Assembly (NCBI GenBank): GCA_964499275.1
Contig: CAZCKO010000002.1
Coordinates: forward strand, 27,543-91,542
DNA length: 64,000 nt
DNA from: an uncultured Rhodospirillaceae bacterium
Lineage (GTDB): Bacteria; Pseudomonadota; Alphaproteobacteria; MPNO01; UBA2964
Reading direction: 5' to 3'
Notes under the pieces: generated by a model
Database searches by the model: none
What the model saw: the letters and a program-made list of their open reading frames with translations, nothing else
Told to the model about the DNA's origin: nothing
Part shown: piece by piece, positions 1-8,724 of the stretch
Numbering within the stretch: the stretch's first letter is position 1
Layout: each line of letters opens with the position of its first letter
Program-made: the position numbers and the translations under genes

Positions 1-160
1 CATTGATCAATCATTTTATAAAGTTTTTAACTAAAATTAGCTGGCTGGAAAGTTTATACAGGAAGAAACGCACAGGGAAAACTCGCTATGAACGTTAATT
101 TAAATTAAGAAAGATTAAAAATTGTATTGAAGTCCAAATTATTTTGGTATGCGTTTTGTC

Positions 161-994
161 CTAAGGGCCAACTGGCCCTACGATACCCTCAATTTGAACC
201 CTATATCCCGAGCGTACATTTGGTAGGTAGTCATTGGTTGCTCGGTGTTGGGCACAACGGTTATCCCAAAATGCTATTGAATGTGGTTGCCAGCGGAAGC
301 GGTGGCAGAATTCTGGCAAGGCACAATGGTCCCATAGGAAGCGGAGAATTCCCTCGCTCTCTGTTGATGAGACGCCGTTAATGTGTTTCGTGAAACTCCG
401 ATTAACATATATTAGCCTTCGGCCGCTTTCTGGATGGCGAACGATTATTGGGTGAGTGGCATTTGGGGTGCCGGGGCCGAACGTAGGGACTCCGTCATGC
501 CAGGCAGTCATTCCCTCTAAATAAATTTTCATTCGTTCTGAAAGTCCTTCATAAGCGGCATACATGCTCGCAAACATTGTATCTCCCCCGCCATTTGGGG
601 GGACGGTATGATTATAAAGAATACTACCCAGAGGGGGTAATTCAGCACAGGATTGATCTGTGTGCCAAATATGTCCGGAAACTGTTTTTGAGTTTTCGTC
701 GAAGTGGAACTTTCGGACGCGAGGGTCTTCAGTAATCTTACTATTTGTCTGCTTTCCCACATGGGTTCCGATAGGTCCGAAATACTCTGCAAGCCTTGTA
801 TGGTCCTCGAAGCTGATATTCTGCTCTCGGAAAAACAAGACACAATACTCGGTAAATGCCCGCTTAACTTCAGCGAGTTGCAGATCTGTCAGTGGCCTCG
901 TTAAATCAACATTACTAATTTCCGCTCCCACCGTTGGACTTGCGGGAACGACGCTAATCGTTTTGTAAGCAATATTACTGCCTGCACCATCCAT
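161..994 (-). CDS. TauD/TfdA-family Fe(II)/2-oxoglutarate dioxygenase (paralog 1 of 8)
   Basis: ORF 161..1045. HIWHTDQS (HxD) and WDNRCAQHRATNDY motifs of the taurine dioxygenase family. Start uncertain: ATG at 994 preferred because ISVVPASPTVGAEISNVDLTRPL aligns with TauD N-termini; the longest ORF begins TTG at 1045. Confidence 0.85.
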   Translation of the reverse strand: MDGAGSNIAYKTISVVPASPTVGAEISNVDLTRPLTDLQLAEVKRAFTEYCVLFFREQNISFEDHTRLAEYFGPIGTHVGKQTNSKITEDPRVRKFHFDENSKTVSGHIWHTDQSCAELPPLGSILYNHTVPPNGGGDTMFASMYAAYEGLSERMKIYLEGMTAWHDGVPTFGPGTPNATHPIIVRHPESGRRLIYVNRSFTKHINGVSSTESEGILRFLWDHCALPEFCHRFRWQPHSIAFWDNRCAQHRATNDYLPNVRSGYRVQIEGIVGPVGP

Positions 995-1089
995 TTTTTT
1001 TCCAGTCACGTTTAGGCAATAGTCTCGGTTGATTTGTTTTAACAAATACTGCGCAATGGAGGAAGCCTTATACGTAGCTGGCGACCTTT

Positions 1090-2040
1090 TTAATTTAATA
1101 GACAGTTTTTAAACGAGGCAGTGATACCTTCTAAAAGTTTATTGTACATTCCCGGACTAGGTTCTATGGCTGCGCCAAGGGGGTCAATTGAAAGAATTTT
1201 CGTTCCGGTGCCACGAGCAACTGCTTTGGAAATTCTTTGATTAAATTGGGGTTCTTGAAATATACATGCAGCCCCTAATGTTTTCAGCCGTTTTTTAATC
1301 GTGGAAATTTGTTTAACGCTGGGAGGCACTTCATGGTTAAGGGTGATAGTGCCTGCAGCTTTCAACCCAAACCGGTTTTCAAAATATTGGTATGCATCAT
1401 GGAATACAATAAAAGGCCTTCTTTTCAACGATTTTAGTTGTGAGTCGATCGTTTTCGTCAATTTGGTTAATCGTTCACGAAGCTCCCCGGCGTTTACCCT
1501 ATAAGTCTCCGCGTTTTTGGGATCTGCTTGTTTCAATTCTGCTTCGATTTTATGAACAAAGCGTATTGCGTTTTTAGGGTCCAACCACATGTGTAGATCT
1601 GTACCTTCATGATGATGCCCTTCGTGACCCTTGTGGCCTTTGTGGTCGTCATGGCCCTTGTGGCCAGATTTGAAATCCTCTAATTCACGATACTTTAATT
1701 CCGTTAATCCTTTTGTTTCGGAAAGTGTTACAATTCGCGCCTCTCTTCCCAACGTTTTTAGAGACTTGATCAAAAAATTTTCTAGGGTGTTGTCAATCCG
1801 GAATACAAGTTTAGCTCTACGAATTTTTTTTGCATCAGATGGGCGCAAACTGTAGGTATGTGGAGATGATGCTCCACGTATAATCAGGTATGGTTTGCTG
1901 ACACCCTTTGTTATTGATGAAACCAGTGAATGAATTGGCTTAATCGTTACGACTATACCTTCCATAGCTGAGGATGGTGGGACAAGCCCACTAGTTAGAA
2001 ACAAGGTCAAAGCGATCAAAGGGGTGTATTTTGTACTCAT
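1090..2040 (-). CDS. znuA: Zinc ABC transporter periplasmic substrate-binding protein ZnuA
   Basis: 316 aa with N-terminal signal peptide. His-rich loop GHKGHDDHKGHKGHEGHHHEG, plus HMWLDP and FHDAYQYF blocks typical of cluster A-I metal SBPs. Zur-box-like palindrome upstream. No znuB/znuC adjacent. Confidence 0.9.
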   Translation of the reverse strand: MSTKYTPLIALTLFLTSGLVPPSSAMEGIVVTIKPIHSLVSSITKGVSKPYLIIRGASSPHTYSLRPSDAKKIRRAKLVFRIDNTLENFLIKSLKTLGREARIVTLSETKGLTELKYRELEDFKSGHKGHDDHKGHKGHEGHHHEGTDLHMWLDPKNAIRFVHKIEAELKQADPKNAETYRVNAGELRERLTKLTKTIDSQLKSLKRRPFIVFHDAYQYFENRFGLKAAGTITLNHEVPPSVKQISTIKKRLKTLGAACIFQEPQFNQRISKAVARGTGTKILSIDPLGAAIEPSPGMYNKLLEGITASFKNCLLN

Positions 2041-2092
2041 GAGATTTACACTAAAGGTATGTTGAGATTGCAGTCCTAGATTTTCAAAGAAA

Positions 2093-2107
2093 TGTTATAA
2101 TATAACA
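2093..2107. promoter_or_regulatory. Candidate Zur box (7-1-7 palindrome TGTTATAATATAACA)
   Basis: Perfect inverted repeat TGTTATA-A-TATAACA read directly, about 50 nt upstream of the znuA start codon (2040, minus strand) in the divergent intergenic region. Resembles proteobacterial Zur operators. Confidence 0.6.
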
Positions 2108-2245
2108 ATTTGAACAGAGTCTATTCTTTTCATCAGGATATTTCAGAAAATGAATAATTCTTCCATTTTGTGCAAAACATTTCTAATCTCCTAGATAGAT
2201 CTTTCCTTTAGACTATTATCACACCCACACAGGAATTATTGCTCA

Positions 2246-4588
2246 ATGGCTTGGAAAGTTTTTGGAACCCGCGCGAAGCGTCTTGAAGATCCCGCTTTGT
2301 TAAAAGGGCATGCTAAATTCATAGATGATATAACCTTTTCTGATATGTTGCAGGCAAGTTTTGTTCGAAGCCCATTTGCCCACGCTGTGATAAAAGATAT
2401 TGATGTTTCAAAAGCGTTGGAACATCCCGGTGTCCATGCCGTTTACACCATGGTGGATATTCAACCATTTCTTATTAATGATCGCCTGGTGGTGGGCATG
2501 CCAAGCCCCTCATACAAGCAGAACCGCGATCGGCCAGCCTTAGCTTCAGACGAGGTTACCTATGTTGGTGAACCCATCGCCGTCGTGATTGCTGATGACC
2601 GTTATATAGCTGAAGATGCTTCAACGCTGGTAGATGTCAACTATGAACCCCTTCCAGCTTCTGCGGATTGCCGTGATGCCATGCAACCCGGCGCGGCCGT
2701 TGCGCATCGAGATGCCGAGCATAATTTACTGGCAGAGTTTAATATGACTTACGGTGATATTGATAAAGCCTTTGCTAAAGCTGCACATACATTTTCTGAA
2801 TCACTATGGATCCATCGCGGCGGCTCACACTCAATTGAGTGCCGTGGTTGCGTGGCAAATTTTGAGCCCAGCTTGGATGAGGTTACCTTGTGGACATCTA
2901 CGCAGATGCCCCATTCTTTGAAAACTACCTATACAGATATGACAGGCCACAACGAGAACCAGTTGCGTGTCATCACGCCTGATGTTGGCGGCGGATTTGG
3001 TCCCAAGCTGGTAGTCTACCAGGAAGATATTGTTTTGACTTTGGCAACACGGATGATTAATCGACCCATCAAGTGGGTGGAAGATCGCCGTGAGCACTTC
3101 ATTACTACGACGCAGGAACGTGATCAGTATTGGGAAGCGGAAATTGCTGTCGATGAGGACGGGATGATCCGAGGTATTAAGAGTAGCGTTATTCATGACC
3201 ACGGAGCGTTTACCGCGCGTGGGGTAAATTTACCCTATAACGCTGCAGAAACAATACCATTACCTTATGAAGTGCCGGCCTTCAGTACCCATGTGCAGCT
3301 TGCTTTGACCAACAAGGTTCCCGTGACCCCGGTTCGAGGGGCCGGTCACCCGCAAGGCGTCTTTGTTATGGAAAGATTGCTTGACCGCGTTGCAGCCGAA
3401 CTAGGGTTACCTCGGGAGGAGGTCCGCCACCGAAATTTAATTCCAGGCGATAAAATGCCTTATGAAAAACCCCTAAAAACCCGTGGGGGAATGCCGGTAC
3501 TATTAGATTCTGGGGATTATCCTGAATGCCAGCAGAGCGCCTTGGAAAAATCAGATTGGTCGGGGTTCGAGAAGCGGCAGGAGCACGCTCGTTCTGAGGG
3601 AAGGTATATTGGAATTGGCATTGCCAACTACGTCAAGGGGACAGGCCGGGGGCCTTTTGAGGCGGTTACCGTTCGTATCGGTCCATCTGGAAAAATCAAT
3701 GTTTATACGGGGGGGACCGCAATCGGGCAGGGTACAGCCACGATGATGGCACAAATTGTGGGCGACAAGTTCGGTGGCGATATGGAAAACGTCACGGTGA
3801 CCGCAGGGGATACCGGCACGATCTCACTTGGGATCGGGACTTCTAATAGCCGTCTCGCAGTGGTGGCAGGATCATCCGCCCACGTTGCTGCAGAAAAAGT
3901 ACGGGACAAAGCGCTTAAGGTAGCGGCTCATATGCTTGAGGCCTCTGAAGAAGACCTTGAAATTGAAAAAGGTGAGATACGGGTGCGGGGGGTGCCTGAG
4001 TTGAAGGTCACGCTCGGGCAGGTCGCTCATGCTGTAGCGGGAACCCCCGGCTATGCGCTGCCAGGGGGTATCGAGCCGGGTATGGAGGCAACGGAGCATG
4101 TCGTTTTGGATAACCTCGCATTTGCCTGCGGTACAGCCGTTGCGGAGGTCGAGGTTGACGTTGAGACAGGCGGGGTAAAAGTTCTTAAATATGTGATCTC
4201 TCACGATAGTGGGACTATTATTAATCCAATGATAGTGGACGGGCAGGTCCAAGGCGGGACCGCCCATGGCATTGGCAACACGTTGTTTGAATGGATGGGG
4301 TATGATGAAAGCGCTCAACCCGTGACAACCAATTTTGCCGAGTATCTTCTAATCTCTTCGACTGAAATGCCAAAAATAGATATCATTCATCATGAATCTC
4401 CCTCACCATTAAATCCACTCGGGGTGAAAGGCGTGGGAGAATGTGGTGTCGTCCCTGCACCATCAGCGATTATTTCTGCTGTCGAAAATGCGTTGCAACC
4501 TTTCAATGTCCATTTCACAAGGGCGCCATTAACACCCTCTGAAATAGTAGAAGCGATTGCAGGTGATAAGGGACGTAATGCTGCATGA
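2246..4588 (+). CDS. Xanthine dehydrogenase/aldehyde oxidase/CoxL-family molybdopterin-binding large subunit
   Basis: 780 aa. N-terminal RAKRLEDPALLKGHAKFIDDI, then DVGGGFGPK and VTPVRGAGHPQG blocks typical of the Mo-hydroxylase large-subunit family. No small (2Fe-2S) or medium (FAD) subunit gene adjacent. Confidence 0.85.
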   Translation: MAWKVFGTRAKRLEDPALLKGHAKFIDDITFSDMLQASFVRSPFAHAVIKDIDVSKALEHPGVHAVYTMVDIQPFLINDRLVVGMPSPSYKQNRDRPALASDEVTYVGEPIAVVIADDRYIAEDASTLVDVNYEPLPASADCRDAMQPGAAVAHRDAEHNLLAEFNMTYGDIDKAFAKAAHTFSESLWIHRGGSHSIECRGCVANFEPSLDEVTLWTSTQMPHSLKTTYTDMTGHNENQLRVITPDVGGGFGPKLVVYQEDIVLTLATRMINRPIKWVEDRREHFITTTQERDQYWEAEIAVDEDGMIRGIKSSVIHDHGAFTARGVNLPYNAAETIPLPYEVPAFSTHVQLALTNKVPVTPVRGAGHPQGVFVMERLLDRVAAELGLPREEVRHRNLIPGDKMPYEKPLKTRGGMPVLLDSGDYPECQQSALEKSDWSGFEKRQEHARSEGRYIGIGIANYVKGTGRGPFEAVTVRIGPSGKINVYTGGTAIGQGTATMMAQIVGDKFGGDMENVTVTAGDTGTISLGIGTSNSRLAVVAGSSAHVAAEKVRDKALKVAAHMLEASEEDLEIEKGEIRVRGVPELKVTLGQVAHAVAGTPGYALPGGIEPGMEATEHVVLDNLAFACGTAVAEVEVDVETGGVKVLKYVISHDSGTIINPMIVDGQVQGGTAHGIGNTLFEWMGYDESAQPVTTNFAEYLLISSTEMPKIDIIHHESPSPLNPLGVKGVGECGVVPAPSAIISAVENALQPFNVHFTRAPLTPSEIVEAIAGDKGRNAA

Positions 4589-5469
4589 GCATTCGGTTTG
4601 ACGATATTGGTGATCGGCTGAAAGCCTTCCGTCTGGCATCAGGCCTTAGCGCAGATGAAATCGCCAACCGTATAGGGATATCAAGAACAGCTTTATACCG
4701 ATTTGAAAAAGGGGAAGTCGCCAAAGTTGAAACCCTGGAAAAGCTCGCCGAGCTTCTTGACGTTTCTATACCGACTTTAATGGGTGTTGGAGTTGAATAC
4801 ATTCCCTCAGCTGTTGCTTTCTTTGAAAGACTAAGACAAATAGAATCAACGACCGAACACATTGTTGTTCTGGCGGGGCCAATTTCATTTCTTTTAGCTA
4901 CGAATAGTTTTGATCAAACTCTCGAACAATGTTTGAGCGAGAGTATACCCGAGGAAGAGCTGGAACGGGAGAGGGCGCTGGACCAAGTCCGTGAACTAAT
5001 GCCAATTCTTCAAAAGCGCAAAAAGACATATCGGGAGAGACGACCAGGTATCTTAAACCTAATATCGGGCGCTGAAATTGAACGTTTCCTGCAGAATGGT
5101 CTCATTGGCAGACTTGATTTAGCTCAGGATGTTCGAGATGAGCGGCGTGCGCGGGCGCTTGTCGAAGCAGAGCACCTAATTGGGATGATGGAAGCCGAAC
5201 CAATAGCCGTCCAAATTGGTATTATACCCGGGACGCTGCCTCACACGAGCTTCCAAATTTTTCGCCAAGCAGATCGTAAAGTCTTGGCAATGAGCCCCTT
5301 TCGACTTGGTGAACAACCCAATGTGCATGGGGGGATCGCGATGATCACTTCGGCGCCGGAGGCATTGGACTTGCACCAACGTACGGTGCAAGATTTATGG
5401 CGGAGGGCATTACGCGGTCCAGATGCGGCGAAGTTTTTGCGTCAGTTAATTGTTCGCCAAACCGCCTGA
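4585..5469 (+). CDS. XRE-family helix-turn-helix transcriptional regulator with an uncharacterised C-terminal domain of about 220 aa
   Basis: N-terminus LKAFRLASGLSADEIANRIGISRTALYRFEKGE is a typical HTH_XRE. The start ATG overlaps the stop of the upstream gene (ATGA at 4585..4588). Confidence 0.75.
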   Translation: MSIRFDDIGDRLKAFRLASGLSADEIANRIGISRTALYRFEKGEVAKVETLEKLAELLDVSIPTLMGVGVEYIPSAVAFFERLRQIESTTEHIVVLAGPISFLLATNSFDQTLEQCLSESIPEEELERERALDQVRELMPILQKRKKTYRERRPGILNLISGAEIERFLQNGLIGRLDLAQDVRDERRARALVEAEHLIGMMEAEPIAVQIGIIPGTLPHTSFQIFRQADRKVLAMSPFRLGEQPNVHGGIAMITSAPEALDLHQRTVQDLWRRALRGPDAAKFLRQLIVRQTA

Positions 5470-5483
5470 CTTATTCCGTGCCA

Positions 5484-6812
5484 ATGAATAACATACAAGA
5501 ACGTGCAGCCATTGCATTAAAACACCATAACGCCGGCCGCTTGGCTGAAGCGGAGGTCGTATACCGTGAAGTTCTTGACGAACAGGCGGACTATCCAGCG
5601 ATTCATCATAACTTAGGTGTGCTTCTTGTGAGTACTGCGCGGGTTAATGAAGGGATAGAACAGTTTCAAAAAGCCGTTACTATTGATCCAGAATACGAGC
5701 CTGCATACTGGAGTATGGCGAAGGCTATGCAACAGGCATGTCGTTTTAAAGAAGCGGCAAAAGCTTGTGAGGAAGTCATATCTATCAATCCTGAACATTA
5801 TGGAGCCCAGCTTGCGCTGGGGCGGCTATTTCTAAAGTTGGGGAAAAGAGCGCGTGCTCTTGATCTTTTTGCCCGCACCATGGATCTTCGGAGGGGTGAA
5901 AATAGGGTTGGGCCCTTGGATAATTCGCTAAAGACGACCACCCGTGCGAAGCTGCTTCATGATATCGAGCAGTTCCGATTTCTCGCTGGGCAAAGGCGGG
6001 ATAACGAACGTGTTTCTGCGTTAGCGAGAGCTTACGAATTTGCAATAAAGTCAATCGATTGGCCGTTGGATGATCATCAAACAATATCGATGACGGAAGA
6101 ACAGGTGGAGCTCTTTGGAGGGAACTACAATTATCCGAATTTTATTGCCGACGCTGCAGAGTTGCCAGCTTCAACGATCAACAATGACGTTTCTGCCGAT
6201 GAAATTTCCAAGGCATTTAAGGTCTCCACCCCGGGTGTTGCGTGGTTTGATAACCTTTTGACCCCGGAAGCTTTGAATAGACTGACGCAATATCTACTAG
6301 GTAGTACGATTTGGTTTGATTTTTCACACATACCTGGGTTTCTTGCATCCTATCTGGAGGATGGGCTCGCATGCCCATTGCTTTTACAGATTGGAGATAA
6401 TGTCCGAGAAAAGTTTCCAGAAATCCTAGGCGATTATCCTATGACGCAAGCATGGGCGTTCAAGGGGCTTATCGGGGAAAAGCCCATAGAACTTCATTTA
6501 GACGATGCGGCCGTTAGCCTAAATTTTTGGCTCACTCCTGACCAATCTAACCTAGAGCCAGAGCGAGGTGGACTCCAAATTTATACTAAGCGACCACCAA
6601 ATGACTGGGTTATTAAGGATTATGAGCAGGATAAAGAATCTATTAAAGCATTTATCAAGGGTTACGAAAATCAAAAGATCACAATACCATATGCATGTAA
6701 TCGAGCTGTTTTGTTTGATTCAAACCTTTTCCATGGTTCAGACTCACCTAAGTTTTTATCCGGCTATGAGAATTATCGTATAAATATCACTTTACTTTTT
6801 GGTAACAGTTAG
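5484..6812 (+). CDS. TPR-repeat protein with C-terminal putative 2OG-Fe(II) oxygenase-like (double-stranded beta-helix) domain
   Basis: ORF 5397..6812. ATG at 5484 chosen because it lies after the upstream stop at 5469. The N-terminal half has TPR-like repeats (AEAEVVYREVL, AIHHNLGVLL, YEPAYWSMAKAM). The C-terminal half has HLDD (HxD), a later LFHGSD His and RINITLLFG. Confidence 0.55.
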   Translation: MNNIQERAAIALKHHNAGRLAEAEVVYREVLDEQADYPAIHHNLGVLLVSTARVNEGIEQFQKAVTIDPEYEPAYWSMAKAMQQACRFKEAAKACEEVISINPEHYGAQLALGRLFLKLGKRARALDLFARTMDLRRGENRVGPLDNSLKTTTRAKLLHDIEQFRFLAGQRRDNERVSALARAYEFAIKSIDWPLDDHQTISMTEEQVELFGGNYNYPNFIADAAELPASTINNDVSADEISKAFKVSTPGVAWFDNLLTPEALNRLTQYLLGSTIWFDFSHIPGFLASYLEDGLACPLLLQIGDNVREKFPEILGDYPMTQAWAFKGLIGEKPIELHLDDAAVSLNFWLTPDQSNLEPERGGLQIYTKRPPNDWVIKDYEQDKESIKAFIKGYENQKITIPYACNRAVLFDSNLFHGSDSPKFLSGYENYRINITLLFGNS

Positions 6813-6910
6813 CGTAGTCCCTATATGTGCCAAAATTGGAACAAGTATTTATTTTGTTACAAAAAGCTGTTATAAAAATAATTAGCACAGAAAAATTAGG
6901 TTAAAGAGAG

Positions 6911-7783
6911 ATGACTGATCTTACGCCAGAGCAGAATTACTCGGCAAAGCCGCTCCGTATTGGGGAGAATGACCCACACCCTGATAAACCCACTGGAGAG
7001 TTTATTTCGATTGTTGTTTCAAACGAATATGTGAATGACGAGTACCTTAAGATGGTTGTTGAGGTGCCTGATCGAGCTCTCAAAACTAAGGCTGGACAAT
7101 TCTTTCACTTACTTTGTCCTACTCCCGATGGCGCCGAGGTGTGGATGAGGAGGCCAATGAGTATTTATCGAGTAGATCAGGAGCATAAGCGCCTTGAATT
7201 CCTTTACAAAGAGGAGGGACGCGGTACGCAGGGTATGGCCATGCTCGAAGAGGGTGATGAATTCAATATCGTTGGCCCACTCGGGATAGGCTTTTGGCTT
7301 GAAGAGGATTGGAACAATATTGTTGTCCTTGGACGCGGTGTTGGTCTGGCGACACTTGCTCCTTTATCTCAGCTAGCGGCTGAACATAATGTTGGTGTCA
7401 CTGCCATCCTTAGTGCACGTAATCCCAAGGTAATAATGTCGCGCGATCTATTTGAAGGGCTGGGAGCTTCGGTGTTTGAGGTTGTCGATACCGACAACAG
7501 CAGTCGCGTCGAAAATGTCGAAGAAATTCTCGAAGGGCTCATTATGGAACAAAAAGCTGATGCATTTTTTACGTGTGGGTCGAACAGGCTCCTCACGTTA
7601 ATGAAGCGGCTTGGTAAAGCACACTCAATACCTGGTCAGGTGGCCATGGAACAGAATATGGCTTGTGGTCTAGGCGCTTGCTATATCTGCATGCGAACCT
7701 TTGAAGTCGACGGGGTTAAGACATTACGCCGTGTGTGCCGCGAGGGGCCCTGTTTTAATATGCAGGAGGCAGTCGGATGGTAG
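6911..7783 (+). CDS. PyrK-like FAD/NAD(P)-binding electron-transfer subunit with C-terminal 2Fe-2S cluster
   Basis: 290 aa. Ferredoxin-reductase-type fold (RPMSIY, GRGVGLATLAP). C-terminal Cys cluster MACGLGACYICM...RRVCREGPCF as in dihydroorotate dehydrogenase B electron-transfer subunits. Confidence 0.75.
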   Translation: MTDLTPEQNYSAKPLRIGENDPHPDKPTGEFISIVVSNEYVNDEYLKMVVEVPDRALKTKAGQFFHLLCPTPDGAEVWMRRPMSIYRVDQEHKRLEFLYKEEGRGTQGMAMLEEGDEFNIVGPLGIGFWLEEDWNNIVVLGRGVGLATLAPLSQLAAEHNVGVTAILSARNPKVIMSRDLFEGLGASVFEVVDTDNSSRVENVEEILEGLIMEQKADAFFTCGSNRLLTLMKRLGKAHSIPGQVAMEQNMACGLGACYICMRTFEVDGVKTLRRVCREGPCFNMQEAVGW

Positions 7784-8724
7784 ATCTTTCTGTAAAAATT
7801 GGAGACGTTACCCTCCAAAATCCGATAATGCCCGCGTCGGGTGCTTTCTCATGGGATTATGGAGACGTCATTGATCTCAATCGCTTAGGAGGCCTCGTCG
7901 CCAAAACAATTTGCCGGGAGCCCCGTTTGGGAAACCCAACCCCGCGTATGGCTGAAACGGAGGCTGGTATAATTCAATCAATCGGATTACCCGGCAAAGG
8001 TATAGATTATTTTCTAGAAAATATTGTACCTGAGTATAACAAGTGGGAACCACCTCTGATTGTCAGCGTTTCAGCTGACACCGCTGAGGATTTTGCGGCA
8101 ATGAGCCGAGACCTGAGTGTCGATGGTGTTGATGTTGTAGAAGTCAATATATCTTGTCCCACAAAAGCCCCAAGTGGTGGCAATTTTTCAATGCACTCTG
8201 ATCATACAAAAATGGTTATGGAGGGTATCCGGAATGCCACAGATAAGCCTGTGTGGGCCAAGCTTTCTCCCAATGCCGGCGATATTGTCTCAATTGCACT
8301 TGCCGCCGAAGAAGCTGGTGCTGATGCACTTGTGCTGTGTAACACATTTTTGAGCCTCAAGATTAGAACAGACAATTTTCGTCCTGCGTTGGGCAATAAG
8401 TTTGGCGGGTTAGTGTCTCCAGCCTTAAAGCCGATCGTCATGCGTATGGTTTACCAGGTAGCAAAAGAATGCAGTGTTCCGGTAATAGGTATTGGAGGGG
8501 TAACCAAGGCGGAGGATGTCGTCGAATATATGCTCGCTGGAGCATCGGGTGTGGGCATAGGCTACGCTGGATTTCGTAATCCGACTGCGCTGACGACTAT
8601 CATTGATGATTTAGAAGAATGGTGCGACGGACGCGGCATCAAGGAAATATCCGAACTAATTGGTGCGGTCCGCGATGAAGATATTGAGTGGGACCCGCTT
8701 GTAGCAGCTTCTCAGGGGGTTTGA
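7777..8724 (+). CDS. Dihydroorotate dehydrogenase class 1B-like / dihydropyrimidine dehydrogenase PreA-like catalytic subunit
   Basis: 315 aa. Blocks NPIMPASG and VEVNISCPTK (catalytic Cys motif NISCP), plus IGIGGV. Overlaps the PyrK-like gene by 7 nt. Confidence 0.8.
   Translation: MVDLSVKIGDVTLQNPIMPASGAFSWDYGDVIDLNRLGGLVAKTICREPRLGNPTPRMAETEAGIIQSIGLPGKGIDYFLENIVPEYNKWEPPLIVSVSADTAEDFAAMSRDLSVDGVDVVEVNISCPTKAPSGGNFSMHSDHTKMVMEGIRNATDKPVWAKLSPNAGDIVSIALAAEEAGADALVLCNTFLSLKIRTDNFRPALGNKFGGLVSPALKPIVMRMVYQVAKECSVPVIGIGGVTKAEDVVEYMLAGASGVGIGYAGFRNPTALTTIIDDLEEWCDGRGIKEISELIGAVRDEDIEWDPLVAASQGV

Noticed and set aside
1600-1670. Short direct DNA repeats (cccttgtggcc twice, plus related units)
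   Set aside because: They are the coding sequence of the His/Gly/Lys-rich metal-binding loop of ZnuA (GHKGH repeats), not an independent repeat element.
2246-4588. Carbon monoxide dehydrogenase (form I CoxL) identity
   Set aside because: The active-site loop reads VTPVRGAGHPQG rather than the form I AYxCSFR-type signature, and coxM/coxS are absent.
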